Source: a virus
Reading direction: 5' to 3' (one strand)
Virus record (IMG/VR): IMGVR_UViG_3300023720_000218
DNA: 64,000 nt
How positions within the stretch are numbered: position 1 is the first letter of the stretch; every line of letters begins with the position of its first letter. The position numbers were made by a program, and so were the translations under genes. The notes under the pieces were generated by a model that was not told the DNA's origin, ran no database searches, and saw only the letters and a program-made list of their open reading frames with translations. Shown here one piece after another: positions 17,197 through 26,207 of the stretch.

Positions 17197-18894
17197 ATGA
17201 ATGAAAAAGAATTTAACGGCCTCATTTTGACCGAATTGGTTAAAATAGCAAACGACGTTTTTACAAATGAAATAGAAATAGCTCCCGGCACCTATACCGC
17301 CGCGGAGCTTGCAAAGCTGAAAGATGCCAACGGCAACGAGATAAATATAAAATATCTTTGCGTTGATGCCAAACTAAATATAACGGATTTTAGGACTGTA
17401 CAAATAAACAGCTTTAAATGTTCTTTTCCAGTGGATCAGGTTTTTAATCTTGTTTGGCAATTTGAAAAGCTGATAGGCACCAAACAAGCCAATAAAACAA
17501 GGTTTACCAAAATAGAAGAGCGCGAAAATATTGTTTGCTCCTTTGATATGTGGATTACAAATGAACATCTAAATATCACTAAATTAGTAACAAAAGATCC
17601 TCTAAGACCGGTATTTAATTATATTTATCTTGATCCTTACAAATCGGCTTTAGTTGCTTCTGACGGGCGTACATTAAAAGAATACCCTGTAATTATTGAA
17701 ACATCCGAGTTTTTGCCTGACGGCCTAAAATTATTTATCAATCCCAAACATTTAAAAGAAATGGTTGGCCGGTGTTCTGTTTGTGTTTGTAATCAGGAAG
17801 GCGGCAATATTACAGAAATAACCAACGATAAGAAACAAACCTTTGTTTGTGATTTTGCCGGATATTTCCCTAATTACCGGCTTGTATATCCCAATCTTTC
17901 AAAAGACGGATTTATAAAGATTCAGAAAAGCGAATTAAAGGCGGTTGCCGGTTTTGTAAAAGAAATAGCCAAACGAAACAAAAAAAGCGGTTTTTCACTT
18001 CGTACTATTGCCGGAGAGAATAAAGTTTATTTATCTTATAATGATGCAGACAGTAACGGACACAAAGAACTTTGTGCAACATTGGAAAAAGCCGCTTTAA
18101 TTGATATAAAGTTAGGTTTCTTTTCATCAAACGTTATCCCCTTGCTTTCCGGCTGGACTGGTGGCGTGTGGCTGGTTGCACCTGATCGGGCGGCGGTCTT
18201 TGATGATAAGACGGCGCGTATAGGTGTGGTTATGCCTGCATTTATAAATGATTCTATTTGCCCGAACTTAAAATGTAATATAAAGGCTTTAGATCGCGCC
18301 AAAGCTCCGATCATCCCGGAAAAAGAACCGGTAAGAGAACCGGAAAAACATTTACCGGCCTTATATGTGGATGCACAAACGAAAACACCGGCGTTTGTCT
18401 TTGCTTTGGTAGCTCTGATAGATTTTATTTCCCGTTGGTTTTATCAGGATCAAATAAACAAAGCATTACAGAGGCTAACAATGTTAACCGAACTATCCGG
18501 CATTTCTTTGCCTGAACTATTAACCGAACCAGTAAGCGAAGAAACAAACGCAAATGTACCCGAACCAATAACAGAGGATGAACCAGTACGCGCATACACA
18601 CCCGAACTATTGTATATTGATCGGCCTTTGGTTTTCCCGGTGCCTATCTTCATACATAAACATGAACGAACTATCAGCCGAATCGTTGTGCCCGAACTAT
18701 TGAATCACCAATGTATAGCGTTACTGTTTGTTTCCATGATGTTACCCGAACTATTACGGCGATATGTTTGGGGAACAATCCGACCAAAGGCAAATGCAGA
18801 TGAACTATTTTGGGGCGATTTCAGACGTTTTCACACCAAAGGTAATCATCGAATCAGAGACGGAACAAAAGAGGCAAACAAACCTAAATTATAG
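17197..18894 (+). CDS. DnaN-like (DNA polymerase III beta sliding-clamp) domain protein with a repeat-bearing C-terminal extension
   Basis: The segment RPVFNYIYLDPYKSALVASDGRTLKEYPVII closely parallels the beta-clamp domain-2 motif (…LNGMLFE…ELRTVATDGHRLAV…). The last ~130 codons carry about 8 copies of the DNA motif CCGAACTAT(T), which read as PELL/TELS/DELF in the protein. Confidence 0.4.
   Translation: MNEKEFNGLILTELVKIANDVFTNEIEIAPGTYTAAELAKLKDANGNEINIKYLCVDAKLNITDFRTVQINSFKCSFPVDQVFNLVWQFEKLIGTKQANKTRFTKIEERENIVCSFDMWITNEHLNITKLVTKDPLRPVFNYIYLDPYKSALVASDGRTLKEYPVIIETSEFLPDGLKLFINPKHLKEMVGRCSVCVCNQEGGNITEITNDKKQTFVCDFAGYFPNYRLVYPNLSKDGFIKIQKSELKAVAGFVKEIAKRNKKSGFSLRTIAGENKVYLSYNDADSNGHKELCATLEKAALIDIKLGFFSSNVIPLLSGWTGGVWLVAPDRAAVFDDKTARIGVVMPAFINDSICPNLKCNIKALDRAKAPIIPEKEPVREPEKHLPALYVDAQTKTPAFVFALVALIDFISRWFYQDQINKALQRLTMLTELSGISLPELLTEPVSEETNANVPEPITEDEPVRAYTPELLYIDRPLVFPVPIFIHKHERTISRIVVPELLNHQCIALLFVSMMLPELLRRYVWGTIRPKANADELFWGDFRRFHTKGNHRIRDGTKEANKPKL
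18486..18810. repeat. dispersed direct repeats of CCGAACTAT(T) (about 8 copies, spaced 35-90 bp) inside the 3' end of the DnaN-like ORF
   Basis: Copies at 18487, 18523, 18559 (variant), 18602, 18667 (in a different reading frame), 18692, 18746 and 18801 (variant). Identical synonymous codons and one copy in another frame argue for a DNA-level motif. Confidence 0.4.
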
Positions 18895-18933
18895 CCATTT
18901 CAAACGAATTATTACATATATCAATGAATCATT

Positions 18934-19116
18934 ATGGAAGAGAATAAACAAGCCAAAAGAAGTTATCGCCGAAACAAACCGGTTACGAAAAGTAAGGTCT
19001 ATGCTATTAGACTGGATATTGATTTGGTTGATTTTGTCAGAGAGCAACCAAACATGAGTAAATTTATTAATGAACTGATCCGAAAGGAGAAGGAAAATAC
19101 CCAAAAGTATGAATGA
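18934..19116 (+). CDS. small ribbon-helix-helix-like DNA-binding protein; a paralogue is at 61706..61927
   Basis: KSKVYAIRLDIDLVDFVREQPNMSKFINELIRKEKEN aligns with KSKVRAIRFDLDLVEFINLQPNVSLFINDLIRREKEK in the second copy. Both show a beta-strand followed by two helices. Confidence 0.4.
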   Translation: MEENKQAKRSYRRNKPVTKSKVYAIRLDIDLVDFVREQPNMSKFINELIRKEKENTQKYE

Positions 19117-19618
19117 AAAATCAAAAGCTTTTGAACTGATAGAATTTGTTTGGAACAATGAAAAGACTGATTCTTATTTACGAGTCAACATAGCCATGTA
19201 TGAGGCAGTAAAATTGGCTATAATTTCTCAAATGAAATTCAACAAAGAGGATTTTCATAATATATTCTCAAAATTCAGCGGTAGTTACTGGTTTGGAGTC
19301 AACGCCAATGGTAAGGGCTATGGTGAGAACTTCTATCGGGAAGCTGTTACTTCGGGAAATATTTCAGCCTGCCAAAGCTATGAAGCATTCTGTAACATTA
19401 AACCCTTTATAGACTCCAAAGGCAGAAGGTTATGCAAAGGGGCAATGTACCGGGATAATGAGAAACGTTATAGGGTGACGGGATTTGATTTAGACGCTAA
19501 AAAAGTCTATTTAGTAGGTTATGCCATAAGTGATTGGGAAGAAAAAGGCAAAAGGTTTCTTTTTAACTTTTCCAACAACGAATGGAACGAATTTAGAAAA
19601 CAAATAAAGCAATTTTAG
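19109..19618 (+). CDS. hypothetical protein
   Basis: 169-aa ORF. Confidence 0.35.
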   Translation: MNEKSKAFELIEFVWNNEKTDSYLRVNIAMYEAVKLAIISQMKFNKEDFHNIFSKFSGSYWFGVNANGKGYGENFYREAVTSGNISACQSYEAFCNIKPFIDSKGRRLCKGAMYRDNEKRYRVTGFDLDAKKVYLVGYAISDWEEKGKRFLFNFSNNEWNEFRKQIKQF

Positions 19619-19625
19619 CATAATT

Positions 19626-19883
19626 ATGAATCAAAAAGCAAAAGATTATATCAGACGTAACACTTTGGATTTGGAAAGTGACAACCGGATGGATTCTACC
19701 GGCTATGTGCAATATGCCATATCAGAAGCAAAAGCCTATGCAGCAATAGCGATAGCCGAAGAAGGAATGAGACAAAAAGCCATTGAAGCATTCAAATTTG
19801 CCGTTGATGGTTATTTTATAATTGGCGGTACCGATTATTCAGCCAGTAGATTAAATGAATTTATTAAAAAACTTGACTCTTAA
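19626..19883 (+). CDS. hypothetical protein
   Basis: 85-aa ORF. Confidence 0.3.
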   Translation: MNQKAKDYIRRNTLDLESDNRMDSTGYVQYAISEAKAYAAIAIAEEGMRQKAIEAFKFAVDGYFIIGGTDYSASRLNEFIKKLDS

Positions 19884-19911
19884 TATTTATTGAACCAAAT
19901 ATTTAATTGAT

Positions 19912-21168
19912 ATGAAAGCTATTATAATATATTCAGGCAAAGGCGGCGTAGGCAAAACCACAACAACCGCAAATATAGCAAGATTACTTGCAAAACAAGG
20001 GAATAAGGTATTTATCATTGATGCAGATATAAATACCCCGTCAATGAACACCGAATTTGAAGGCGATCATCCGCATGAAATGATTTGGGTACACTCTTCT
20101 GGAAATATGTTTTCCAAGTTTATTTACTTGGAAAAATCAATGGTAAGGCAATATCTTGAACTGGCTAAAAAGAAAATACACTCTATCAACCCGGATTATG
20201 TTCTTATTGACACGCCTCCAAGTGTTACAAACGTGCATATAGAACTTCTTAGTAGGGTAAAAGTAAGTTATGTGCTGTTTGTCACCCAACCCACGAAATT
20301 AAGCAACCAAGATGTATTGCGTACAATGGACTTCTTTCATGAAAGATGTGGGAAGGTTAATTGTGGTATTGTGGAGAATATGTGCTATGGTACAGAACAT
20401 AATGAATACCCGATAAGACTTGTTGCACAAATACCCATGCAGGACAACATGAATACCGAAAACCTGCTAACCAATGCCTATAATGAGTTTCAAAAGATAG
20501 TTGATGAAATCGTACAGAGTGATATTGTTGTTCTTGAAGAATATTCCACCGAAAACGGATATGATGAAAACTTTGATGTTACGGATATACACATTACCGG
20601 CTCACGAAAACATTACTTTACTCATGAACTTAAATATGATAATGGTGTAGAAAAAACTCTTACTCTACCTGCTATGAAATTTCTGTCTGTAAGAACATGG
20701 GATAAAATAAGAGATTATATCCGGTTCCATGATGATTTGGGACATCTTTGGGACGAGAGAATGAGAAGATGTGATACAGAAAGGGTGGGCAGAGTAGTAA
20801 ATCATTTCCAAAATGACGATAACGCCTATTTTATGGTTATAAATGCGCCAAACACGGAAGTTCATCTCATTACTGGAGAAATCGGAATCTGTTCTTTATT
20901 GACTGGGCAGAGAGGGCATTTTGAACTACCAAGAGTCAGTTATCAAACGAGTAAAGGAAACGTGGTGCTGTTCCCTGATGAAATCATGCCAGTAGATATA
21001 AACTTGCTACAACAAGAAATAAACGAAGGCTATATAATGTTAAGTGACGGGAGATACTTACCACCGAAAGAAGCGGTACAACAATGTTACAACGCTTTCG
21101 GCATAAGGGTTGGCTTAGGTGATAATTGGGAAGATATTTATGATGGTTGGAATAAAGAAATGAAATAA
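19912..21168 (+). CDS. MinD/ParA/Mrp-superfamily P-loop ATPase (Mrp/NBP35-like) with a ~170-aa C-terminal extension
   Basis: Deviant Walker A SGKGGVGKTTTTANIA and an FIIDADINTPSM motif resembling Mrp/ApbC (DADIYGPS). Also VLIDTPPS and a CGIVENMCYG segment. Confidence 0.55.
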   Translation: MKAIIIYSGKGGVGKTTTTANIARLLAKQGNKVFIIDADINTPSMNTEFEGDHPHEMIWVHSSGNMFSKFIYLEKSMVRQYLELAKKKIHSINPDYVLIDTPPSVTNVHIELLSRVKVSYVLFVTQPTKLSNQDVLRTMDFFHERCGKVNCGIVENMCYGTEHNEYPIRLVAQIPMQDNMNTENLLTNAYNEFQKIVDEIVQSDIVVLEEYSTENGYDENFDVTDIHITGSRKHYFTHELKYDNGVEKTLTLPAMKFLSVRTWDKIRDYIRFHDDLGHLWDERMRRCDTERVGRVVNHFQNDDNAYFMVINAPNTEVHLITGEIGICSLLTGQRGHFELPRVSYQTSKGNVVLFPDEIMPVDINLLQQEINEGYIMLSDGRYLPPKEAVQQCYNAFGIRVGLGDNWEDIYDGWNKEMK

Positions 21169-21170
21169 AA

Positions 21171-21989
21171 ATGAAAGACTTACGTATAGCATTCTTGGCA
21201 AAATACCCCAAATATGAAATTATACTCAACATGTATAGTCGGGCAAATGATTGCCCGGCAACATGGGAGAATCTTTCAAAAGTCCGATTGCAGACTTTTG
21301 TTGATTATATGGAAGAACGGCTGGCACCAAACTCTGTTCGCCAATATGCCGCCAAATTAAAAGCTGTATTGAACTTGTATAATGAAGAGGTTGAGCTACC
21401 TAAAGACTATAATAAAATCCTTTCAGTAAAAAATGTGAGAAGCACTAATGTTTGGCTTACTGATGAAGAACTTGAACGAATTATCACCTATGCTCCCAAG
21501 AATACCAACGAACAATTGGTACGCACACAATTTTTAATAGGCGCCTTTACCGGTTGCCGTCATAGTGACTATACACGGTTGAACAACCGTAATATAGTGG
21601 GTGGAATGATCTCTTATGTCAGCCTAAAAACTAAAACTCATGCCACGGTGCCATTGAAGCCAATCGTGAAAGAGCTACTAACAAATTTACCTAAAGAAGA
21701 AGTTAGTGATCCGACATTCAACAATAATATCCGTAATATTTGCCGGAAAGCCGGAATCACAGAGGCGGTTAAAGTATTCAAGGCCGGAAAGGAAGTGGAA
21801 GGTGAAAAATGGGAATTTGTTTCAAGCCACACGGCACGCCGGAGTTTTGCAACCAATTTGTATTTACGCGGTGCCGATTTATACTCAATAAGCCAAATGA
21901 TGGGACATGCAAGCGTGGAAATGACTCAAAATTATCTTTGCTGTGGTCTCCGTGAACAATCGGCACAAGTTATGGAGTATTTTAAATGA
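21171..21989 (+). CDS. tyrosine recombinase (short, Xer-like; 272 aa)
   Basis: Catalytic R (…FTGCRHSD…), H-x-x-R (SSHTARRSFAT) and Y (…MTQNYL…). It has no long N-terminal arm-binding domain. Confidence 0.65.
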   Translation: MKDLRIAFLAKYPKYEIILNMYSRANDCPATWENLSKVRLQTFVDYMEERLAPNSVRQYAAKLKAVLNLYNEEVELPKDYNKILSVKNVRSTNVWLTDEELERIITYAPKNTNEQLVRTQFLIGAFTGCRHSDYTRLNNRNIVGGMISYVSLKTKTHATVPLKPIVKELLTNLPKEEVSDPTFNNNIRNICRKAGITEAVKVFKAGKEVEGEKWEFVSSHTARRSFATNLYLRGADLYSISQMMGHASVEMTQNYLCCGLREQSAQVMEYFK

Positions 21990-21994
21990 AACAA

Positions 21995-22031
21995 GCCACG
22001 CTAAATATCGGTAGAACTATTTTAGCGTGGC
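21995..22031. terminator. bidirectional terminator: perfect 11-bp inverted repeat GCCACGCTAAA / TTTAGCGTGGC
   Basis: It lies between the convergent recombinase (ends 21989) and integrase (ends 22041) genes. Confidence 0.5.
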
Positions 22032-22040
22032 TCTCTTATA

Positions 22041-23180
22041 CTATGACAAAATCCGTTCCAGCATCTCAAAGTCTTTTTCCACTTCGGCATTCAGAACTTT
22101 AGCATATTGTTGTGTGGTGCGTACATTTGTATGACCGAGCATTTTACTCACATTTTCCATTTTAACCCCATTGTTCAGGCACATTGTCGCAAATGTGTGC
22201 CTGCTCATGTGAACGGTCAAATTTCTATCAAGCCCTGCATAATCAGCAACTATTTTAAGCCGCAAATTGTATTGTTGATTACTGATAATCGGAAGCACAT
22301 AATCATATTTTTTCAATATTTCCATTGCAGGAGACAGTAATACGATAAAATAGTTTTCTTCTGTCTTTAAACGAATATCCAATATAACATACTTATTGCC
22401 GCGTTTTTGTACGTCACGTTTGAAATTGAATTTAGCAAGATCAGCATAGGATATTCCAGTATATGCCTGAAAAATAAAAAGGTCACGGACTCTACAGATC
22501 GTTTCCGAGTCTATTTGAGCATCTTTCACTTTCTTCAATTCTTCGGCAGTCAAATATTTCCTGATGGCATGTTTGCCACGGGAAAAACGCTCCCCCTTAT
22601 ACGGATCATTTTTTAGCAAATCAAACTTTATGGCCTCGTGGATATAACGTTTGTTACGTTTATGATAGTTATATATTGTCGGCTGTGAATAGCCCTTAGC
22701 ATGTAACCAATCATCATACAATGTGATATTGGCTTTTGTGAGATCAGAAAAATATATTATTCTGTCAAATTCACGTAATGAGGCCGCAAATGTCCGATGG
22801 GAAGCTTTGGTACTTTCCGTTATATCTCCACGCTCTTCAATTCTTCTTTCTACAAAGTCAACAAAACTTTCTGATTTATTGGTATATCTCAAAAATCTAT
22901 CCAGCTTATCAAAATCAAAAACTTCCTTTTTGCTGATAAGTTCATTAATCCAATTTTGGATAACCCGGAGTTGTTCATCAAGACACTGGTTCAATTGAAT
23001 CATTTCAACCGAATTGATTATCTTCTTTCGATCATTCCATTGGTCGGAATAGACTTTAACGCCGGTTCCGATCCATTTTCTCTTACCTTCGCTCAAAACT
23101 TCAATTTGAACGAGTCCCTTGTGTGTCTTTGTCGCAACCTTTTTACGGTCAAAGACGAATCTCATTGTCGGATATTTCAT
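22041..23180 (-). CDS. int: site-specific tyrosine integrase (Bacteroidetes type with N-terminal arm-binding domain)
   Basis: 379-aa ORF whose C-terminal catalytic region MSRHTFATMCLNNGV…LGHTNVRTTQQYAKV carries the H-x-x-R…Y motifs. The N-terminus (MRFVFDRKKVATKTHKGLVQIEV…) is typical of Bacteroides phage and conjugative-transposon integrases. Confidence 0.8.
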   Translation of the reverse strand: MKYPTMRFVFDRKKVATKTHKGLVQIEVLSEGKRKWIGTGVKVYSDQWNDRKKIINSVEMIQLNQCLDEQLRVIQNWINELISKKEVFDFDKLDRFLRYTNKSESFVDFVERRIEERGDITESTKASHRTFAASLREFDRIIYFSDLTKANITLYDDWLHAKGYSQPTIYNYHKRNKRYIHEAIKFDLLKNDPYKGERFSRGKHAIRKYLTAEELKKVKDAQIDSETICRVRDLFIFQAYTGISYADLAKFNFKRDVQKRGNKYVILDIRLKTEENYFIVLLSPAMEILKKYDYVLPIISNQQYNLRLKIVADYAGLDRNLTVHMSRHTFATMCLNNGVKMENVSKMLGHTNVRTTQQYAKVLNAEVEKDFEMLERILS

Positions 23181-23225
23181 ATTCTTTTGAGTTTTGGTAT
23201 CTACTGATTATCGCTACAATTAAAA

Positions 23226-23305
23226 AATGGTATCAAAGGCGGTATCATTATAGGTGAAAATATCGGTAAAAATCGGGAAATACTGGTAAGTTTCCGGTAA
23301 ATATG
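23226..23305. repeat. tandem ~11-bp direct repeats (TCGGTAAAAAT / TCGGGAAATAC / CCGGTAAATAT, plus GGTATCA repeats); candidate integrase arm-binding sites in attP
   Basis: Seen directly in the 300-bp non-coding region upstream of the integrase gene. A hairpin GGGAGTAAC-N4-GTTACTCCC at 23380-23401 also sits in this region. Confidence 0.3.
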
Positions 23306-23485
23306 CACCCAATTTTTATATGTTCTCCATCTACTTCCAATGCCTTAATTGTCTGATACACAACAAAAAAGGGAGTAACTAATGTTACTCCCTTTCGCGG
23401 TGCGTACGGAACTAACACATTTTACTATCATACTGATAATCAGTAAAATACTTGTTAAAAATATATTAATGGTATCATATTTATA

Positions 23486-23824
23486 TCATCTCCGCTTATT
23501 TTCTTCTATAATTTTATGCAAAGCTTCTATTTGCATCATTGCACCCTCATAAGCCGCTTTATAATTGACATTCGCATCAATATCCGTCTCAATCATATTC
23601 CCTTTGCCAGTACAAAGCCACTTCACATTCAATTCCGGAAACTTATCCACAATACGAGCTATTATATCAGTTCCAATAGCCCCCTTCCCGTTCCTTATGG
23701 AGTTATAGATGTATCTATTTGACAATTCACAATAAGCCTCAAACGAGTTCTCACCTTTGACAACTCCCTTATCACGTGCATACCTTGCAAATTTTCGTAA
23801 TCTGTCAATAGCCCTTTCTTCCAT
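23486..23824 (-). CDS. HTH DNA-binding regulator (phage CI/Cro-type HTH ending in the W-L-x-T-G-x-G motif)
   Basis: …IGTDIIARIVDKFPELNVKWLCTGKGNM… resembles the HTH helix-3 / WLLTGEG signature. 112 aa, adjacent to the S24 repressor. Confidence 0.4.
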   Translation of the reverse strand: MEERAIDRLRKFARYARDKGVVKGENSFEAYCELSNRYIYNSIRNGKGAIGTDIIARIVDKFPELNVKWLCTGKGNMIETDIDANVNYKAAYEGAMMQIEALHKIIEENKRR

Positions 23825-23825
23825 A

Positions 23826-24596
23826 TCAAATAATCTTTTGACTTATTATGCGTAATGCTTGCCACATCCCCCTTATTTCTCTTCTCTCGACATCTAACTG
23901 GCCATGCTTGGGGTTATCAGCCTTTAAAGTCAGCACATTATCCAAGAAAAGACTGTTTTTCAATATCCGCTTGACTGAAAGCGTTTTCCCATACACAATA
24001 CTCACAACTCCTGACGCGCTTTCCCACAAACCTTCTTCTATTTTGCGAGCAAGAATTTTAGCTCCGTCCGGTATAGTTGGCTCCATGCTGTCACCACGTA
24101 CTTGAAAGACCATATAAGAATCATCAAGCACTTCACCTTCTTCCGGCATGACACCATAAGAATCAATTTCATAAGCTGTGTTATATAAGCTTTCGACAAA
24201 TGAAGCCGCAGCATCTATCGGAACATATTTTACTTTTACAAGAATATCTTGAAGATAAGGAGCTACTTTACTAATCGTAGAGTCTGATTGCATTCTCGCA
24301 TTTTTCAGAGCATCCCTAATATCCTTCTCCGAAGGTTCTATCTGTCCTGATGGAGTCTTTGCAAACAAACCTTCTCCAGTATATAGCCATGCTCTGCTCA
24401 CATCATACTTCTCACAAAAAGCATCAATTGTTTTTTTACTTGGTAACTGAATCCCTTTTTTTATACTGGTAAGAGTTGATTCACTGGATATAATATTGTC
24501 TTTCTTCAATTTATACCCACTCAAACCACAATATGAAATTGCTTGCAAAAACCTTTTTGAGAGATCACTCAATTTTTTATCGTCAACTTCTTGCAT
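23826..24596 (-). CDS. CI/LexA-like repressor with C-terminal S24 peptidase domain
   Basis: N-terminal HTH (…AFCEKYDVSRAWLYTGEGLF…) and C-terminal S24 signature VRGDSMEPTIPDGAKIL with a downstream Lys. It is divergent from the plus-strand early genes. Confidence 0.7.
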   Translation of the reverse strand: MQEVDDKKLSDLSKRFLQAISYCGLSGYKLKKDNIISSESTLTSIKKGIQLPSKKTIDAFCEKYDVSRAWLYTGEGLFAKTPSGQIEPSEKDIRDALKNARMQSDSTISKVAPYLQDILVKVKYVPIDAAASFVESLYNTAYEIDSYGVMPEEGEVLDDSYMVFQVRGDSMEPTIPDGAKILARKIEEGLWESASGVVSIVYGKTLSVKRILKNSLFLDNVLTLKADNPKHGQLDVERREIRGMWQALRIISQKII

Positions 24597-25371
24597 ACTT
24601 CGTAAATTAAGTAGTATATTTGCATCCGTAATAGTAGCAGTATTACCACATAAATTGATTAAACATCCTATTTGGAGTTTATATATAGAAATCCGTAAAT
24701 AGCTGCTACCTATTTGCGGATTTTCTTTTTCTCCACATTGTGTAATCGGCGGTAGGCCGCATAGCGGAGAGACAGAGGGTTACACTCTTACAACTCAATA
24801 CTGCGAAGGGCGTGCGATATTGAGAGGCAAACGAAACCGGGATGCCTGCACAGCTACAAGTAAGCGAAAAATCCGGGAAGTCGGGTAACTTGTTAATGCC
24901 CGGCCAGCTAAGAACGGCGTACTTATACGAACGAGACATTTCTTATGCTGCATATAGCAAAAACGGGAAACCGTCTAAGGGCTAACTATGCAGCAATCCA
25001 GCACCTTACCGAATGAGATCGTCTTTTACTTCTTCAATTATTACAATACTAATAGAACGACATTACTTTTTTTCAGAAAGCTTTCTTTTTACGCAAACCT
25101 CACTTGTATAACATTTTATAAACCAACAATTTACATTAAAACATGTTTTATAACATACGAAATACTACAAATTTTAAGAAGTATTTTATTGTACTTCTGA
25201 AAATATGAAGTATATTTGCAACGTCAAACAAACAAAGAGTGTAAGTTTGAACAACAAGAAAGCTGGCGACTTCAAAAGCCACTTACTACATATCTCATTG
25301 GCAAATGTAGTTGTTAGCTTTCTTTTATGCAAATTTTTTGTGGAAAATTTAAGTATAAAATAGAAAATAAT

Positions 25372-25575
25372 ATGAAAGTAACAAAGAAAGATATTCTAAG
25401 CATTAAAGCTGGTTCTTCCAAAGTAATGCAGCTGGATTCTTACAAGGATTGCGTCAATGCAAGAAGCTACGCCTATCAATTAGCTTTTACTGATCCCCGT
25501 GAAGATGTTGAAAGATATTCAATATCCATCGACAAAGATAAAAATCAGATAACCATCGAAGCGATAAAGAAATGA
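25372..25575 (+). CDS. hypothetical small protein (first early gene)
   Basis: Start placed at MKVTKKD. The ORF track extends upstream to 25327. Confidence 0.3.
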   Translation: MKVTKKDILSIKAGSSKVMQLDSYKDCVNARSYAYQLAFTDPREDVERYSISIDKDKNQITIEAIKK

Positions 25576-25823
25576 ACCGTTCAGATGCCAAAATGATTGC
25601 AGAAGAACTGCACAAGTTTATTCGCAATGATGTGAGAAAGGCTGTAACTGAAATGGCGACTGCTGAAACCGAAGAGTATTTGAATGCCAAACAAGCTGCT
25701 GTATTTCTCGGATGGAAGTTGCAAACCTTATACAATCGAATACATGATATTCCTCACACCAAAAATGGCAAGAGTCTCATTTTTACCAAATCAGCTTTGA
25801 GAAAATTCATGGAAAGAAAATAA
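25572..25823 (+). CDS. excisionase-family (HTH_17/AlpA-like) DNA-binding protein
   Basis: …LNAKQAAVFLGWKLQTLYNRIHDIPHTKNGKSLIFTKSALRKFM… is a typical HTH followed by a wing. Confidence 0.45.
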   Translation: MNRSDAKMIAEELHKFIRNDVRKAVTEMATAETEEYLNAKQAAVFLGWKLQTLYNRIHDIPHTKNGKSLIFTKSALRKFMERK

Positions 25824-26207
25824 TCCCGGACGGATTTGGCCGTCTTTCCGGGAACTAACAAAACGTTCTTTGACATATTGTATAGTCTGAACAAATAAAG
25901 ACTTAAAACAAGGTTTACTGCTTATCTAAAGGGCGAAATAGACCGACAAAGTAGCCAAAGCGGATTAGTGAAAAGAGTGTGAATACGGACTGCCAATAAG
26001 AAGATGCAGCACACGAATCACTAAGTTATCAAAAACAACTTATATTATGACAAAGTAAACGTAGGGCGTTTATAAATACATTCTTAACTGAATAGATACT
26101 TTAAATGATATATATACCCGTGCTTCGCAAGAAGCGGTCACCGCTAAAAAGCTACGGCCAACAATCCATCGGAACGCGGACGGGAACACATTTTAAATGC
26201 TAAAAGT

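Noticed and set aside
24706-24939. 77-aa minus-strand ORF in the repressor/early-gene intergenic region
   Set aside because: Cys/Ser-rich low-complexity translation of a GC-rich hairpin-forming segment. More likely regulatory RNA/DNA structure than protein.
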